Source: Clostridia bacterium
GTDB lineage: Bacteria > Bacillota > Clostridia > Oscillospirales > CAG-272
Direction: 5' to 3'
Length of the DNA: 45,039 nt
Assembly: GCA_017628075.1 (NCBI GenBank)
Contig: JAGBZV010000052.1
Coordinates: forward strand, 1-45,039
Shown here: piece by piece, positions 19,949 through 29,822 of the stretch
How the letters are laid out: every line of letters starts with the position of its first letter
Position numbering within the stretch: the first letter of the stretch is position 1
The notes under the pieces: model-generated
Databases searched by the model: none
What the model was told of the DNA's origin: nothing
What the model saw: the letters and a program-made list of their open reading frames with translations, nothing else
Translations under genes and position numbers: made by a program

Positions 19949-20836
19949 ATGATACGCAGTATGACAGCATACGGCCGCGCCAAGGCACAGGTGGGCGGCA
20001 AGGATATTACCGTTGAGGTCAAAAGTGTCAACAACCGTTATTTCGATTGCTCCATCAAGATCTCTCGCCTTTACGGATTTCTTGAGGAGAGAGTCAAATC
20101 CTATATCAAGGACCGCGGCATCAACCGCGGCAAGCTCGATATCTATATCACGATCGATCTCATGGATACGCAGGGCGTGACGGTCGCACTGGACGAGGCG
20201 TATACAAAGAGCTATATCGACGCTCTGTGCCGCCTGCGTGACGACTTTGGCCTGCGCGACGATATTTCCGTCATGCGCGTCGCCTCCAACCGTGACATCT
20301 TTGCAGTTACCCGTCCCGAGGAGGATACGGAGGGCGATTGGCAGGATCTGTGCTGCGTCCTTGGAGAGGCGGTCGATTCCTTCCTTGCAATGCGTGAGGC
20401 AGAGGGCGCACGCCTGTGCGCGGATATCTGCGAAAAGAAGGCACAGCTGGAGGCCTGGGTGCCCGAAATCGAGGCGCTGTCCCGTGAGGATACCGCCGGA
20501 TACGCGGCAAAGCTGGAGGCGCGCCTCAGACAGGTGCTTGAGGACCACGAGCTGCATATCGAGGAGTCCAGACTCCTCACCGAATGTGCCATTTTTGCGG
20601 ATAAGGTCGCGGTGGACGAGGAAACCGTCAGACTCAAGAGCCACTTCCGTGCCTTTGACGATATGCTTCTGGCAAACGAGCCCATCGGAAGAAAGCTGGA
20701 CTTCCTCATTCAGGAAATGAACCGGGAAACCAATACCATCGGCTCCAAGGCAAACGATATGCGGATTGCAAAGATCGTCATTGATATGAAGAACGAGATC
20801 GAAAAGATCCGTGAGCAGGTCCAGAACATCGAATAA
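19949..20836 (+). CDS. yicC: YicC/YloC-family endoribonuclease
   Basis: Canonical N-terminus MIRSMTAYGR and C-terminal DUF1732-type region (EEMNRETNTIGSKAND). AGGAGG at 19931-19936. Confidence 0.9.
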   Translation: MIRSMTAYGRAKAQVGGKDITVEVKSVNNRYFDCSIKISRLYGFLEERVKSYIKDRGINRGKLDIYITIDLMDTQGVTVALDEAYTKSYIDALCRLRDDFGLRDDISVMRVASNRDIFAVTRPEEDTEGDWQDLCCVLGEAVDSFLAMREAEGARLCADICEKKAQLEAWVPEIEALSREDTAGYAAKLEARLRQVLEDHELHIEESRLLTECAIFADKVAVDEETVRLKSHFRAFDDMLLANEPIGRKLDFLIQEMNRETNTIGSKANDMRIAKIVIDMKNEIEKIREQVQNIE

Positions 20837-20854
20837 GCCGGAGGCACAACGGAA

Positions 20855-21130
20855 ATGAAATCGTTTATCAACGTCGGACACGGCAATATGGTTGCCGTTT
20901 CCCGCATCGTTTCGGTCGTTTCACCGGAGGCCTCACCCGTCAAGCGGCTGGTGCAGGAGGCAAAGGAGGAGGGGCGCGCCATCGACGCGACCGCAGGACG
21001 GAAGACACGAGCCGTTCTCATTGCCGATACGGGGCACATCATTCTGTGCGCCCTGCAGACGGAAACGATCACAGCCCGACTCAACGGCGCACCGGACGAC
21101 CGTGCGGCGGATGAGGAGGACGGCGAATAA
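20855..21130 (+). CDS. remA: RemA (YlzA, DUF370) DNA-binding regulator
   Basis: INVGHGNMVAVSRIVSVVSPEASPVKR...GRKTRAVLI, in the position between yicC and gmk as in Bacillus. Confidence 0.9.
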   Translation: MKSFINVGHGNMVAVSRIVSVVSPEASPVKRLVQEAKEEGRAIDATAGRKTRAVLIADTGHIILCALQTETITARLNGAPDDRAADEEDGE

Positions 21131-21227
21131 CAGGGCGTATCCGAACGCCGCAAAAAAACGACGAATAAAAACACCGACCCAAAAGAAAGGAACGCGCCGC
21201 CGTCCAACGGAGGACGCATCATCACTC

Positions 21228-21884
21228 ATGAAACAGAATTTACAGAATCTTCAGCTTCCCGGTATTCCCCTCGTCCTCTCCGGCCCCTCCGGATGCGGCA
21301 AGGGCACGATCGTCAAGGCGCTTTTGCGCAAGTATCCGGAGCTTTTCGCACTGTCCGTATCCGCAACCACGCGCGAGCCAAGGCCCGGTGAGGTCCACGG
21401 CGTGCAGTATTACTTCATCGATCGCAAGGAATTTGAAGGCCGCATCGCAGACGGTCAGATCCTCGAATATACGGAATACTGCGGCAATTATTACGGCACT
21501 CCCAAAAAGGAGCTGTATGAGCGCACGATGCGCGGCATCAACGTCATTCTTGAAATCGAGGTCGAGGGCGCAATGAATATCCGCCGGCTTTGCCCGGAGG
21601 CGGTGCTGATCTACGTGCTTCCGCCGGACGCCGAGTCGCTGGAGGCGCGTCTGCGCGGACGCGGCACGAATACCGAGGAGGATATCCGGGCGCGTCTTGC
21701 TACGGCACGCGAGGAGATCCGTCTTTTGCCTGCGTACGATTACCTCGTTATCAACGACGACAATCCCTCCTGCAGTGCCGAGGAGTCTGCAGAGATCGCA
21801 GCGGACCGCATCGTCCGTATTCTGGAGGCGGAATCCCGCAGGGTGAGCCGCAATCTGGAAAACGCCGTCCATTTCTTTGACTGA
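21228..21884 (+). CDS. gmk: Guanylate kinase
   Basis: P-loop GPSGCGKGT, then SATTREPRPGEVHGVQYYF. ATG at 21228; the ORF-track N-terminal extension overlaps remA out of frame. Confidence 0.93.
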   Translation: MKQNLQNLQLPGIPLVLSGPSGCGKGTIVKALLRKYPELFALSVSATTREPRPGEVHGVQYYFIDRKEFEGRIADGQILEYTEYCGNYYGTPKKELYERTMRGINVILEIEVEGAMNIRRLCPEAVLIYVLPPDAESLEARLRGRGTNTEEDIRARLATAREEIRLLPAYDYLVINDDNPSCSAEESAEIAADRIVRILEAESRRVSRNLENAVHFFD

Positions 21885-21993
21885 GCACAGTCACGGACTG
21901 CATACAGAGTCCAATCCAAAGCGCACAACCCGGAAGTATTTTTCCGGTGCATAATACATATTTTGAACCAACAGATGAAAAGGAGAACCCATC

Positions 21994-22392
21994 ATGATCT
22001 ATCCGTCCATTGATGAAATCACCAAAGGCAATTACAACCGCTATACCCTGTGCATCGCAACCGCAAAGTGCGCACGCATCGTGACCGACGAATACGTGGA
22101 GCAGAGAGAGGTTGCGGAGAAGATGCTTGCCAATAAAGAAACCGACAAGAGCATCGCATCCATGATCAAGCGCGAGATCCGCGACGAAAAGGCAGTCAAG
22201 ACCGCCATCAAGCGCCTCTATCACGGCGAATTTCTGATCCGTGAGAGCGGCGACGCTTCTGCACCCGCACCCGAGACTTGCGCCGAAGCAGCGGAAGCGG
22301 AAACGGCAGAGGCAGAGGAGGTCGTCGCTGAGGAGATCGCAGGCGAGGAGAATTCCGACACAGCCGAGACCGCCGAGGAGACCGAGGCGTAA
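21994..22392 (+). CDS. rpoZ: RNA polymerase omega subunit with acidic C-terminal extension
   Basis: N-terminus IDEITKGNYNRYTLCIATAKCAR, and its position after gmk. AGGAG at 21981-21985. Confidence 0.88.
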   Translation: MIYPSIDEITKGNYNRYTLCIATAKCARIVTDEYVEQREVAEKMLANKETDKSIASMIKREIRDEKAVKTAIKRLYHGEFLIRESGDASAPAPETCAEAAEAETAEAEEVVAEEIAGEENSDTAETAEETEA

Positions 22393-22503
22393 AACGTCCC
22401 CCGGCGTCACCGGCGTGCCGCACGAGGGCAAAAATATTCAGAAAGGCAGTTTTCGCACGGCGAAGGCACGGTGCTTCCTATGCAGAATCCGCAGGATCGC
22501 GCA

Positions 22504-25101
22504 ATGAAAACAGGACGGATATATGCCGTCGTCCATATCCTTGATATGCCGTATCACGCGGATAAAGCTCTGACCTATTATCTGACGCCGGCGCTGGCGG
22601 AGGAGATCTCCGTCGGCTCGTTCGTCACAGTGCCGCTGGGTGCGAAAAACCGCCACGTTATGGGCGTTGTCACGGAGCTGCATACGAGAGAAACGCTCGA
22701 CCGGAAGTTCCCCGTTGATCGCTGTAAGCCGGCCGCAAGCCTCGTTTCCTCGGAGTTCGTTCTCACAGGGGAGATGCTCGGTCTGTGCCGGTATCTCAAG
22801 GAAATGACCTTCTGCTCCATCGGTGAGGCCGCAAAGGCCGTGATGCCGACGGGCGCGCTGCGCCGCCTTGTGGAACGGTACGCTCTGCCGCCCGGCGAGG
22901 AAGAACGGGCGCGGTCACTTGCGTATGTACAGACGCTTTCGGGGGCATCCTCTATGGAGGGGGATATTCTCCTGCTTGCCGCGCAGGGCGACGGCGTGCG
23001 CAGGGATGCGCTCAACGATGCCGTCGGTGAGGGCGCTGCTCGCTGTGCCGATCACCTGGTGCAAAAGGGACTGCTTGCGCGTACCTACACCCTCAGCGAA
23101 TCCGATAATACGGCGTATTCCACCTTCGTCGCACCGGCGGCTCCGCGAGAGGACCTTGCTGCGATCCTCGACGGTGATCCTGTCGTCAGACGGCAGTACG
23201 GATACCGTCGCCGCAGTCCCACATATGCAAAGATCCTTTCCGCCGTTCTGCAGGCAGAGGGCGGTGAGATCTGCGTGACGGAGATCGATCCGGAGGATTA
23301 CGGAATTCCCGCCGCACTGCGTGAGCTGAAGAAGGACGGCCTGATCACCCTCAGAAAAGAGCCCAGATACAGAAATCCGTATGCCGAACAGAGCAGCGCC
23401 GCACCGCGCGACGAGAACGCTCTGAGCGAGGAGCAGACAGCGGCAAAGGCGGCGCTGGAGGCCCTGTACCGGACCGGCGAGCCGCGTGCGGCGCTGCTTC
23501 ACGGTGTTACAGGCTCCGGAAAAACGCGCGTCATCAAGGCAATGATGGACGAGGTGCTTGCAGATGGCAGGCAGGTCATCATGCTCGTCCCGGAGATCGC
23601 ACTCACCCCGCAGACGGTGACGTTCTTCTGCTCGTATTACGGGAGGCGGGTTGCCGTCGTGCATTCCAGCCTTTCCGCAGGAGAGCGGCTTGACGTTTGG
23701 CGGCAGGCAAAGCGCGGGGAGATCGATATCGTGATCGGAACGCGCTCGGCCGTATTCGTGCCGTTTGAGCGCCTTGGTATGATCGTCATGGACGAGGAGC
23801 AGGAGCACACCTATAAATCCGATGCCAATCCCAAATACCATGCGCGCGATGCCGCGCGCTATCGCTGTGCCGCAAGCAGCGCACTGCTGCTGCTTGCATC
23901 GGCAACGCCGTCGTTTGAAAGCTATTATAAGGCCAAGCGCGGCATCTATTCGCTCATCACGCTGAAAAACCGCTATGGCGGTGCGCGTCTGCCGGAGGTC
24001 ATCATGGCAGATATGCACGAGGAGTCGCTTGGCGGAAGCGGAGAGGCACCGCTCGGTGCCGTGCTGTCCGCGGCAATTGAGGAAAACCGTGCGCGGGGCG
24101 AGCAGACCATGCTGTTCGTCAACCGGCGCGGCTATCAGAGATATATCTCGTGTCTGTCCTGCCGCGAGCCCGTGATGTGTCCGCATTGCTCGGTCCCCAT
24201 GACGCTGCATAAGCGCAGATCGATACAGGAGGCCGCCGACGAAAGCGCGGAATGGCTGTCACACGGCGTGCTCGTCTGTCATTACTGCGGTGAGCGCGTG
24301 GCGGTACCGACGGTCTGTCCGTCGTGTACCTCGCCGCATCTGCACGCCTTCGGATACGGAACGCAGCGTGCGGAGGAGGAGCTCTGGAACAGGTATCCCG
24401 ATCTCAAGGTCACCCGTATGGATACCGATACCACCAAGGGCAAGTTTTCGCATACCACCATTTTAAGCAATTTCCGGGATAAAAACGCAGACGTTCTTTT
24501 GGGAACGCAGATGATCGCCAAGGGACACGACTTCCCAAGCGTGACGCTGGTCGGCGTGCTGTCGGCAGACGCGCTTCTGTATCAGGACGATTACCGCGCC
24601 GCAGAGCGTGCGTTTTCCCTGCTCACACAGGTCATCGGACGGGCAGGACGGGGCGAGCAGGCAGGCCGTGCCGTCATTCAGACCTATAACCCCGATCACG
24701 AGGTCCTGCACTTTGCCGCCGCACAGGATTACGAGGCGTTTTACGAGCGCGCCATCGCCATGCGGCAGGCAATGGTCTTTCCGCCGTTCTGCGATATGGT
24801 CCTCGTTGCGTTTTCTGCGGCAGAGGAATACGAGCTGATGACGGCGGCTGAAAAATTCGCATCCCATCTGTCCTCACTCATCGCACCGGACGGCGCGTAC
24901 AGCGACGTCCCCATGACGGTCTTCGGCCCGTTTGAGGCGCAGATCTATCGCGTATCCGAGCGCTTCCGCCTGAGAATGATTCTGAAGTGCCGGCTGAATA
25001 AGCGGACGCGCGCACTGCTTGCGTGCGTTATGACGGAGGCGGCGCTCACGTGCGGAAGCCGCATCAGCGTTTCCGTGGACGTCAATCCCAATAGCCTCTG
25101 A
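22504..25101 (+). CDS. priA: Primosomal protein N' (PriA helicase)
   Basis: Walker A GVTGSGKT, DEEQE box, and Cys-rich zinc region (CLSC...CPHC...CHYC...CPSC). The start is uncertain: ATG at 22504 is preferred, with ATG at 22480 and GTG at 22471 as alternatives. Confidence 0.9.
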   Translation: MKTGRIYAVVHILDMPYHADKALTYYLTPALAEEISVGSFVTVPLGAKNRHVMGVVTELHTRETLDRKFPVDRCKPAASLVSSEFVLTGEMLGLCRYLKEMTFCSIGEAAKAVMPTGALRRLVERYALPPGEEERARSLAYVQTLSGASSMEGDILLLAAQGDGVRRDALNDAVGEGAARCADHLVQKGLLARTYTLSESDNTAYSTFVAPAAPREDLAAILDGDPVVRRQYGYRRRSPTYAKILSAVLQAEGGEICVTEIDPEDYGIPAALRELKKDGLITLRKEPRYRNPYAEQSSAAPRDENALSEEQTAAKAALEALYRTGEPRAALLHGVTGSGKTRVIKAMMDEVLADGRQVIMLVPEIALTPQTVTFFCSYYGRRVAVVHSSLSAGERLDVWRQAKRGEIDIVIGTRSAVFVPFERLGMIVMDEEQEHTYKSDANPKYHARDAARYRCAASSALLLLASATPSFESYYKAKRGIYSLITLKNRYGGARLPEVIMADMHEESLGGSGEAPLGAVLSAAIEENRARGEQTMLFVNRRGYQRYISCLSCREPVMCPHCSVPMTLHKRRSIQEAADESAEWLSHGVLVCHYCGERVAVPTVCPSCTSPHLHAFGYGTQRAEEELWNRYPDLKVTRMDTDTTKGKFSHTTILSNFRDKNADVLLGTQMIAKGHDFPSVTLVGVLSADALLYQDDYRAAERAFSLLTQVIGRAGRGEQAGRAVIQTYNPDHEVLHFAAAQDYEAFYERAIAMRQAMVFPPFCDMVLVAFSAAEEYELMTAAEKFASHLSSLIAPDGAYSDVPMTVFGPFEAQIYRVSERFRLRMILKCRLNKRTRALLACVMTEAALTCGSRISVSVDVNPNSL

Positions 25102-25172
25102 TCCGCAGTCCGGGCACAATCACCGGAGAACTACAACCGAAAGGAATGCTTCCCCACCGGGGAGGCTGGTAT

Positions 25173-25637
25173 ATGACAATGGCAAAACTGAAGATCCTGC
25201 GTGACGGCGATACGGCTCTGCGCCTCAAATCCCGCCCCGTCACCGAAATCAATTCCCGGATTCACACCCTGCTTGACGATATGACGGAAACGATGCGTGC
25301 CGCAGACGGATGCGGCCTTGCCGCACCGCAGGTCGGCGTGCTTCGCCGCGTCGTCGTCATCGAATGTGAGCCCGGTCGCGTGCTGGAGCTCATCAATCCC
25401 GTGATCGTGGAGCGCCGCGGTGCACAGCACGAGCTGGAGGGCTGTCTGTCCGTCCCTGGACGCCAGGGCTATACGGATCGCCCCGCATACGTCAGAGTGG
25501 AGGCGGAAAACAGAGGCGGTGAACGTGTGACCTACGAGGGCGAGGGCCTTCTTGCACGCTGCTTCTGCCATGAATTGGACCATCTGGACGGCATTTTGTA
25601 TATTGACCACGCAGAAATGGTCACAGAGGATGATTGA
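25173..25637 (+). CDS. def: Peptide deformylase
   Basis: Motifs GCGLAAPQVG, EGCLSVPG and HELDHLDG. GGGGAGG SD lies 7 nt upstream of ATG at 25173. Confidence 0.95.
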   Translation: MTMAKLKILRDGDTALRLKSRPVTEINSRIHTLLDDMTETMRAADGCGLAAPQVGVLRRVVVIECEPGRVLELINPVIVERRGAQHELEGCLSVPGRQGYTDRPAYVRVEAENRGGERVTYEGEGLLARCFCHELDHLDGILYIDHAEMVTEDD

Positions 25638-25643
25638 TAAGCA

Positions 25644-26636
25644 ATGATAAAGATTCTGTTTATGGGCACGCCCGAATTTGCAAGAGAACAGCTTCGTGCC
25701 CTTTGGGAGCACCGTGAGGAGCACGGCTGGGAAATCGTCGGTGCGCTGTCGCAGCCAGATAAGCCAAAGGGACGGGGCTACAAGCTGATCCCCACGCCCG
25801 TCAAGGAGTATGCAGAGGGCGCGGGTATCCCCGTCTATCAGCCGGACACACTGCGCGGGGAGGCGTTTTCCTCTCTGCTGTCGGAGCTTGATCCGGATCT
25901 GATCGTCGTTGCGGCGTACGGAAAGATCCTGCCGCCCGCTGTGCTTTCCTACCCCAGACTCGGATGTATCAACGTCCACGGCTCGCTTCTGCCAAAGTAC
26001 CGAGGGGCTGCGCCCATTCAGCGCGCCATCATGGACGGCCTTTCTGTGACGGGAAATACCATCCAATATATGGCAGAGGGACTTGATACCGGCGATATGA
26101 TCGCCAAAAGCGAGGTGGAGATCGGAGAGAATGAGGATTTCGGCTCGCTGTACGACCGCATGGGTAAATCCGGTGCCCAGCTGCTTGTGTCCGTCATATT
26201 GAAGATCGCGGCAGGGGAGGCCGTGCGCGTTCCGCAGAACGACGCAGAGTCCACCTACGCGCACAAAATCGAGAAGGAAGAGTGCGCGCTCGATTTTTCC
26301 AAGTCAGCCAAGGCGCTGCATAACAAGATCCGCGCGCTCTCACCCGCACCGCTTGCGTATGCGATGCACGTGGGAGAGGGTGGAACGAAGAAAATGAAGA
26401 TCGTATCCTCGTACGTTGCGGAGGAGGGCGGTGTACACGGCGCACCCGGCGCCGTCGTTTCTGCGGATGCCAAGCGCGGATGCTTTACCGTGGCGTGCGG
26501 CGAGGGACTCCTTGCCGTTACCGCACTCGTACCGGAGGGAAAAGGAAAAATGAACGCCGGGGACTTCATCCGCGGCAGAAAGATCGCCGCAGGCGATCGC
26601 TTCGCCGCCGTTTCGGAGCAACCGGCAAACCAATAA
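25644..26636 (+). CDS. fmt: Methionyl-tRNA formyltransferase
   Basis: ILFMGTPEFA..., NVHGSLLPKYRGAAPIQ, and its position after def. Confidence 0.95.
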   Translation: MIKILFMGTPEFAREQLRALWEHREEHGWEIVGALSQPDKPKGRGYKLIPTPVKEYAEGAGIPVYQPDTLRGEAFSSLLSELDPDLIVVAAYGKILPPAVLSYPRLGCINVHGSLLPKYRGAAPIQRAIMDGLSVTGNTIQYMAEGLDTGDMIAKSEVEIGENEDFGSLYDRMGKSGAQLLVSVILKIAAGEAVRVPQNDAESTYAHKIEKEECALDFSKSAKALHNKIRALSPAPLAYAMHVGEGGTKKMKIVSSYVAEEGGVHGAPGAVVSADAKRGCFTVACGEGLLAVTALVPEGKGKMNAGDFIRGRKIAAGDRFAAVSEQPANQ

Positions 26637-26648
26637 GGAGAAACTGTT

Positions 26649-27356
26649 TTGCCAAGTATCTATTACGGGGGAGTGGATGTGACCTATCTGCTTCTTATGA
26701 TTCCGGTCCTGCTGTTCTCTTTGTGGGCGCAGGCCTCGGTCACCTCGACCTTCAATCGCTACAACAAGGTGCGCAACGCGCGCGCAATGACCGGTGCGGA
26801 TGCCGCACGGCTCATTCTTGACAGGAACGGTCTGCATCACGTTCGCATCGAGCATATCTCGGGCACGCTGACAGATCACTATGATCCGCGCGACAACGTC
26901 ATCCGTCTTTCGGATGCCGTGTACGCATCGCCCACCGTCGCCGCCGTCGGCGTTGCCGCCCACGAGGCAGGTCACGCCGTGCAGTACGCAGAGCAGTACG
27001 CCCCCATCCGTCTGCGTGCGTCCATCGTGTCCCTGACACAGTTTGCGTCGAAGTGGTCGGTGTATATCCTCATGTTCGGATTGCTTCTGTCCGTCGGGAT
27101 CCTCGCTGAAATCGGATTCTGGCTGTACGCCGTGGTCGCATTCTTTCAGCTCGTTACCCTGCCGGTGGAGTTCAACGCCTCCCGCCGCGCCATGCAGGCG
27201 CTCAGTGAGGGGGGAGCGCTTTCCGGTGAGGAGCTTTCCGGTGCGAAAAAGGTGCTTGGCGCCGCCGCAATGACGTACGTTGCCGCGCTGCTGTCGGCAC
27301 TCGTCCAGCTTCTGCGCTTGTGGTCCATCGTATCCTCAAGCAGAAGAAGACGGTAA
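26649..27356 (+). CDS. Membrane zinc metallopeptidase (YugP-like / Zn_peptidase_2 type)
   Basis: HEAGHAVQ HExxH motif, with TM segments at both ends. TTG start at 26649 lies 8 nt after AAGGAG. Confidence 0.8.
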   Translation: MPSIYYGGVDVTYLLLMIPVLLFSLWAQASVTSTFNRYNKVRNARAMTGADAARLILDRNGLHHVRIEHISGTLTDHYDPRDNVIRLSDAVYASPTVAAVGVAAHEAGHAVQYAEQYAPIRLRASIVSLTQFASKWSVYILMFGLLLSVGILAEIGFWLYAVVAFFQLVTLPVEFNASRRAMQALSEGGALSGEELSGAKKVLGAAAMTYVAALLSALVQLLRLWSIVSSSRRRR

Positions 27357-27366
27357 GGAGCGTTTC

Positions 27367-28719
27367 ATGACTGCAAGAGAAGCTGCGTTCGTATCGCTGC
27401 AGAAATACGAAAATAACAAGAAATTTGCCAATATAGAGGCGGACACCGCGATCCGCCGCAACGGGCTAGAGGGCGCGGACCGCGCGCTGTATACCGCGCT
27501 CTTTTACGGAACGGTGGAGAGAAAGATCACGCTGGATTATCTCATTGACCGCCTCTCGGACAGACGGGATATCGATACCAACGTGCGCATCATTCTCCGT
27601 CTTTCCCTGTATCAGATGCGCTATATGGACCGCGTGCCCGATTACGCCGTGGTCAACGACGCGGCAGAGCTGTGCAAAAGATTTGCGGCAAAGAGCGCCG
27701 TTGCGTTCGTCAACGCCGTTCTTCACGCATATCGGAGGGAGGAGGGGCGCATCCGGCTTCCGGATGCCGCCGCGGATCCCATCGGCTATCTGAGCATCAC
27801 CTATTCGTATCCGGCGTGGCTGTGCCGGATGTGGCGCGATGCGTACGGCATGAGAAAGACAGAGGCGATCCTTCGCGCCTTTGACGAAAATCCGCCGATC
27901 ACCCTGCGCGTCAATACGCTGAAAACAGACGTTGGTGCTATGTGCGCGCGTCTTTCCGAGCGGACGATCGGATGTGCGCCGACCGCAAACGTGCCGGGCG
28001 GCATCCGCCTGACCTGTCATTGCCCCATCGAGCAGATCCCGGGCTTTGAGGAGGGCTTGTGGTTCGTGCAGGACGAATCCTCGCAGATTACCGCCCATCT
28101 CCTTGGCGCCCAGCCGGGAGAGCAGATTATCGATGCGTGCGCCTGCCCGGGCGGAAAGAGCTTTTCCATCGCCCTTTGGATGGGAAACGAGGGGCGCGTG
28201 CGTTCATACGATCTGCATAAAAACAAGCTGAAGCTGGTGCGGGAGGGCGCGGAGCGCCTCGGCATTACGGTGATCGAGGAAAAAGAGCAGAACGGTGCGG
28301 AATTCGTACCCGCGCTTGCAGGCTCCGCCGACCGCGTGCTGTGCGACGTGCCGTGCTCCGGCCTCGGCGTGCTCTCCAAAAAGCCGGATATCCGCCACAA
28401 GGAGGAATCCGACCTTGCACGTCTTCCCGATATTCAGTACGCCATTCTTGAAAACTGCGCACGCTACGTGCGTGAGGGCGGCGTGCTGATGTATTCCACC
28501 TGTACGCTCAACCGTGCGGAAAACGAGGACAACGTCCGCCGTTTTCTCGCTGCACATCCGGAGTTTTCACCGCAGCCCTTCCGTGTCGGCGGTGTGAATG
28601 CCCCGGAGGGGATGCTCACGATTTTCCCCGATACCTTCCGTGGCTGTGACGGCTTCTTTGCCGCCAAAATGGTACGGACGGGCGGGGGGCAGGAGCCGTC
28701 CCCTGGGTCCATAACATAA
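27367..28719 (+). CDS. rsmB: 16S rRNA (cytosine967-C5)-methyltransferase RsmB
   Basis: NusB-like N-terminal domain and SAM methyltransferase domain (DACACPGGKS, DVPCSGLGV, YSTCT). AAGGAG lies 6 nt upstream of ATG at 27367. Confidence 0.92.
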   Translation: MTAREAAFVSLQKYENNKKFANIEADTAIRRNGLEGADRALYTALFYGTVERKITLDYLIDRLSDRRDIDTNVRIILRLSLYQMRYMDRVPDYAVVNDAAELCKRFAAKSAVAFVNAVLHAYRREEGRIRLPDAAADPIGYLSITYSYPAWLCRMWRDAYGMRKTEAILRAFDENPPITLRVNTLKTDVGAMCARLSERTIGCAPTANVPGGIRLTCHCPIEQIPGFEEGLWFVQDESSQITAHLLGAQPGEQIIDACACPGGKSFSIALWMGNEGRVRSYDLHKNKLKLVREGAERLGITVIEEKEQNGAEFVPALAGSADRVLCDVPCSGLGVLSKKPDIRHKEESDLARLPDIQYAILENCARYVREGGVLMYSTCTLNRAENEDNVRRFLAAHPEFSPQPFRVGGVNAPEGMLTIFPDTFRGCDGFFAAKMVRTGGGQEPSPGSIT

Positions 28720-28731
28720 AAGGAAGCTGTC

Positions 28732-29796
28732 ATGACTGAAACCAAAACCGATCTTCTCTCTATGAACGTTGCCGAGCTGCAGCACTTCTGCGCCGGAATC
28801 GGCGAGCCGAAATTCCGTGCGGCACAGATCTTCAAGTGGATGCACGCAGGCGTTTCGTTTGACGGTATGACGAATTTATCGCGCGCTTTGCGAGAACGGC
28901 TTGAAGCGTGTGCCTGTGTACGCTTTCCGGAGATCGAGGAAAAATTCGTGTCGGAATTGGACGGCACGGTGAAATATCTGTGGCGCCTGTCGGACGGACA
29001 GAACGTCGAGTCCGTTTTTATGCGCTATCACCACGGAAATACCATCTGCATCTCCACCCAAGCGGGCTGCAGAATGGGATGCGCCTTCTGTGCATCCACC
29101 ATCGGCGGCAAGGTACGCGACCTTCTGCCCTCGGAAATGCTCGGTCAGGTGCTTGCCGCACAGCGCGATATGGGAGAACGCATCTCCGGTATCGTGCTGA
29201 TGGGTATCGGTGAGCCGCTTGATAACTACGACAACGTCGTACGGTTCCTGCGCCTCGTAACGGATCCCGACGGCATCAACATCGGCTGCCGCCACATCTC
29301 CCTGTCAACCTGCGGTCTTGTGGACGGCATCGACAGACTTGCGGAGGAGGGGCTTGCGGTAACGCTGTCCGTGTCGCTGCACGCACCGACGGATGCGCTC
29401 CGCTCGGAGATCATGCCCATCAACAATAAATGGAACGTAGCGCAGCTTCTGGCGGCTACCGTCCGTTATTTTGAGAAAACGGGGCGCCGGATCTCCTTTG
29501 AGTATACGCTTATCGCGGGCAAAAACGATACCGAGGAGGGTGCTCTGGCACTCGTGGAGGCCATGAAGCGCCACGTCGGACGGAAAATGCCCATTCATAT
29601 CAATCTGATTCCCGTCAATCCCATCAAGGAGCGCGCCTTTGCCGCCGCGGATGGGCAAAGCGTTCGCCGCTTTGCCGCGATCCTCGAACGGCACGGACTG
29701 TGTGCGACCGTGCGCAGAACGCTCGGTCCCGACATCAACGCCTCCTGCGGACAGCTGCGCAACAAGGAAAATCAGATGCAGAAAAAGATTCTTTGA
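28732..29796 (+). CDS. rlmN: 23S rRNA/tRNA (adenine-C2)-methyltransferase RlmN (radical SAM)
   Basis: FRAAQIFKW N-terminus, CRMGCAFCAS radical-SAM cluster, and C-terminal GxDIxASCGQL. Confidence 0.95.
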   Translation: MTETKTDLLSMNVAELQHFCAGIGEPKFRAAQIFKWMHAGVSFDGMTNLSRALRERLEACACVRFPEIEEKFVSELDGTVKYLWRLSDGQNVESVFMRYHHGNTICISTQAGCRMGCAFCASTIGGKVRDLLPSEMLGQVLAAQRDMGERISGIVLMGIGEPLDNYDNVVRFLRLVTDPDGINIGCRHISLSTCGLVDGIDRLAEEGLAVTLSVSLHAPTDALRSEIMPINNKWNVAQLLAATVRYFEKTGRRISFEYTLIAGKNDTEEGALALVEAMKRHVGRKMPIHINLIPVNPIKERAFAAADGQSVRRFAAILERHGLCATVRRTLGPDINASCGQLRNKENQMQKKIL

Positions 29797-29822
29797 TCTG
29801 GGAAAGGAAGTGTTGTTGGAAC

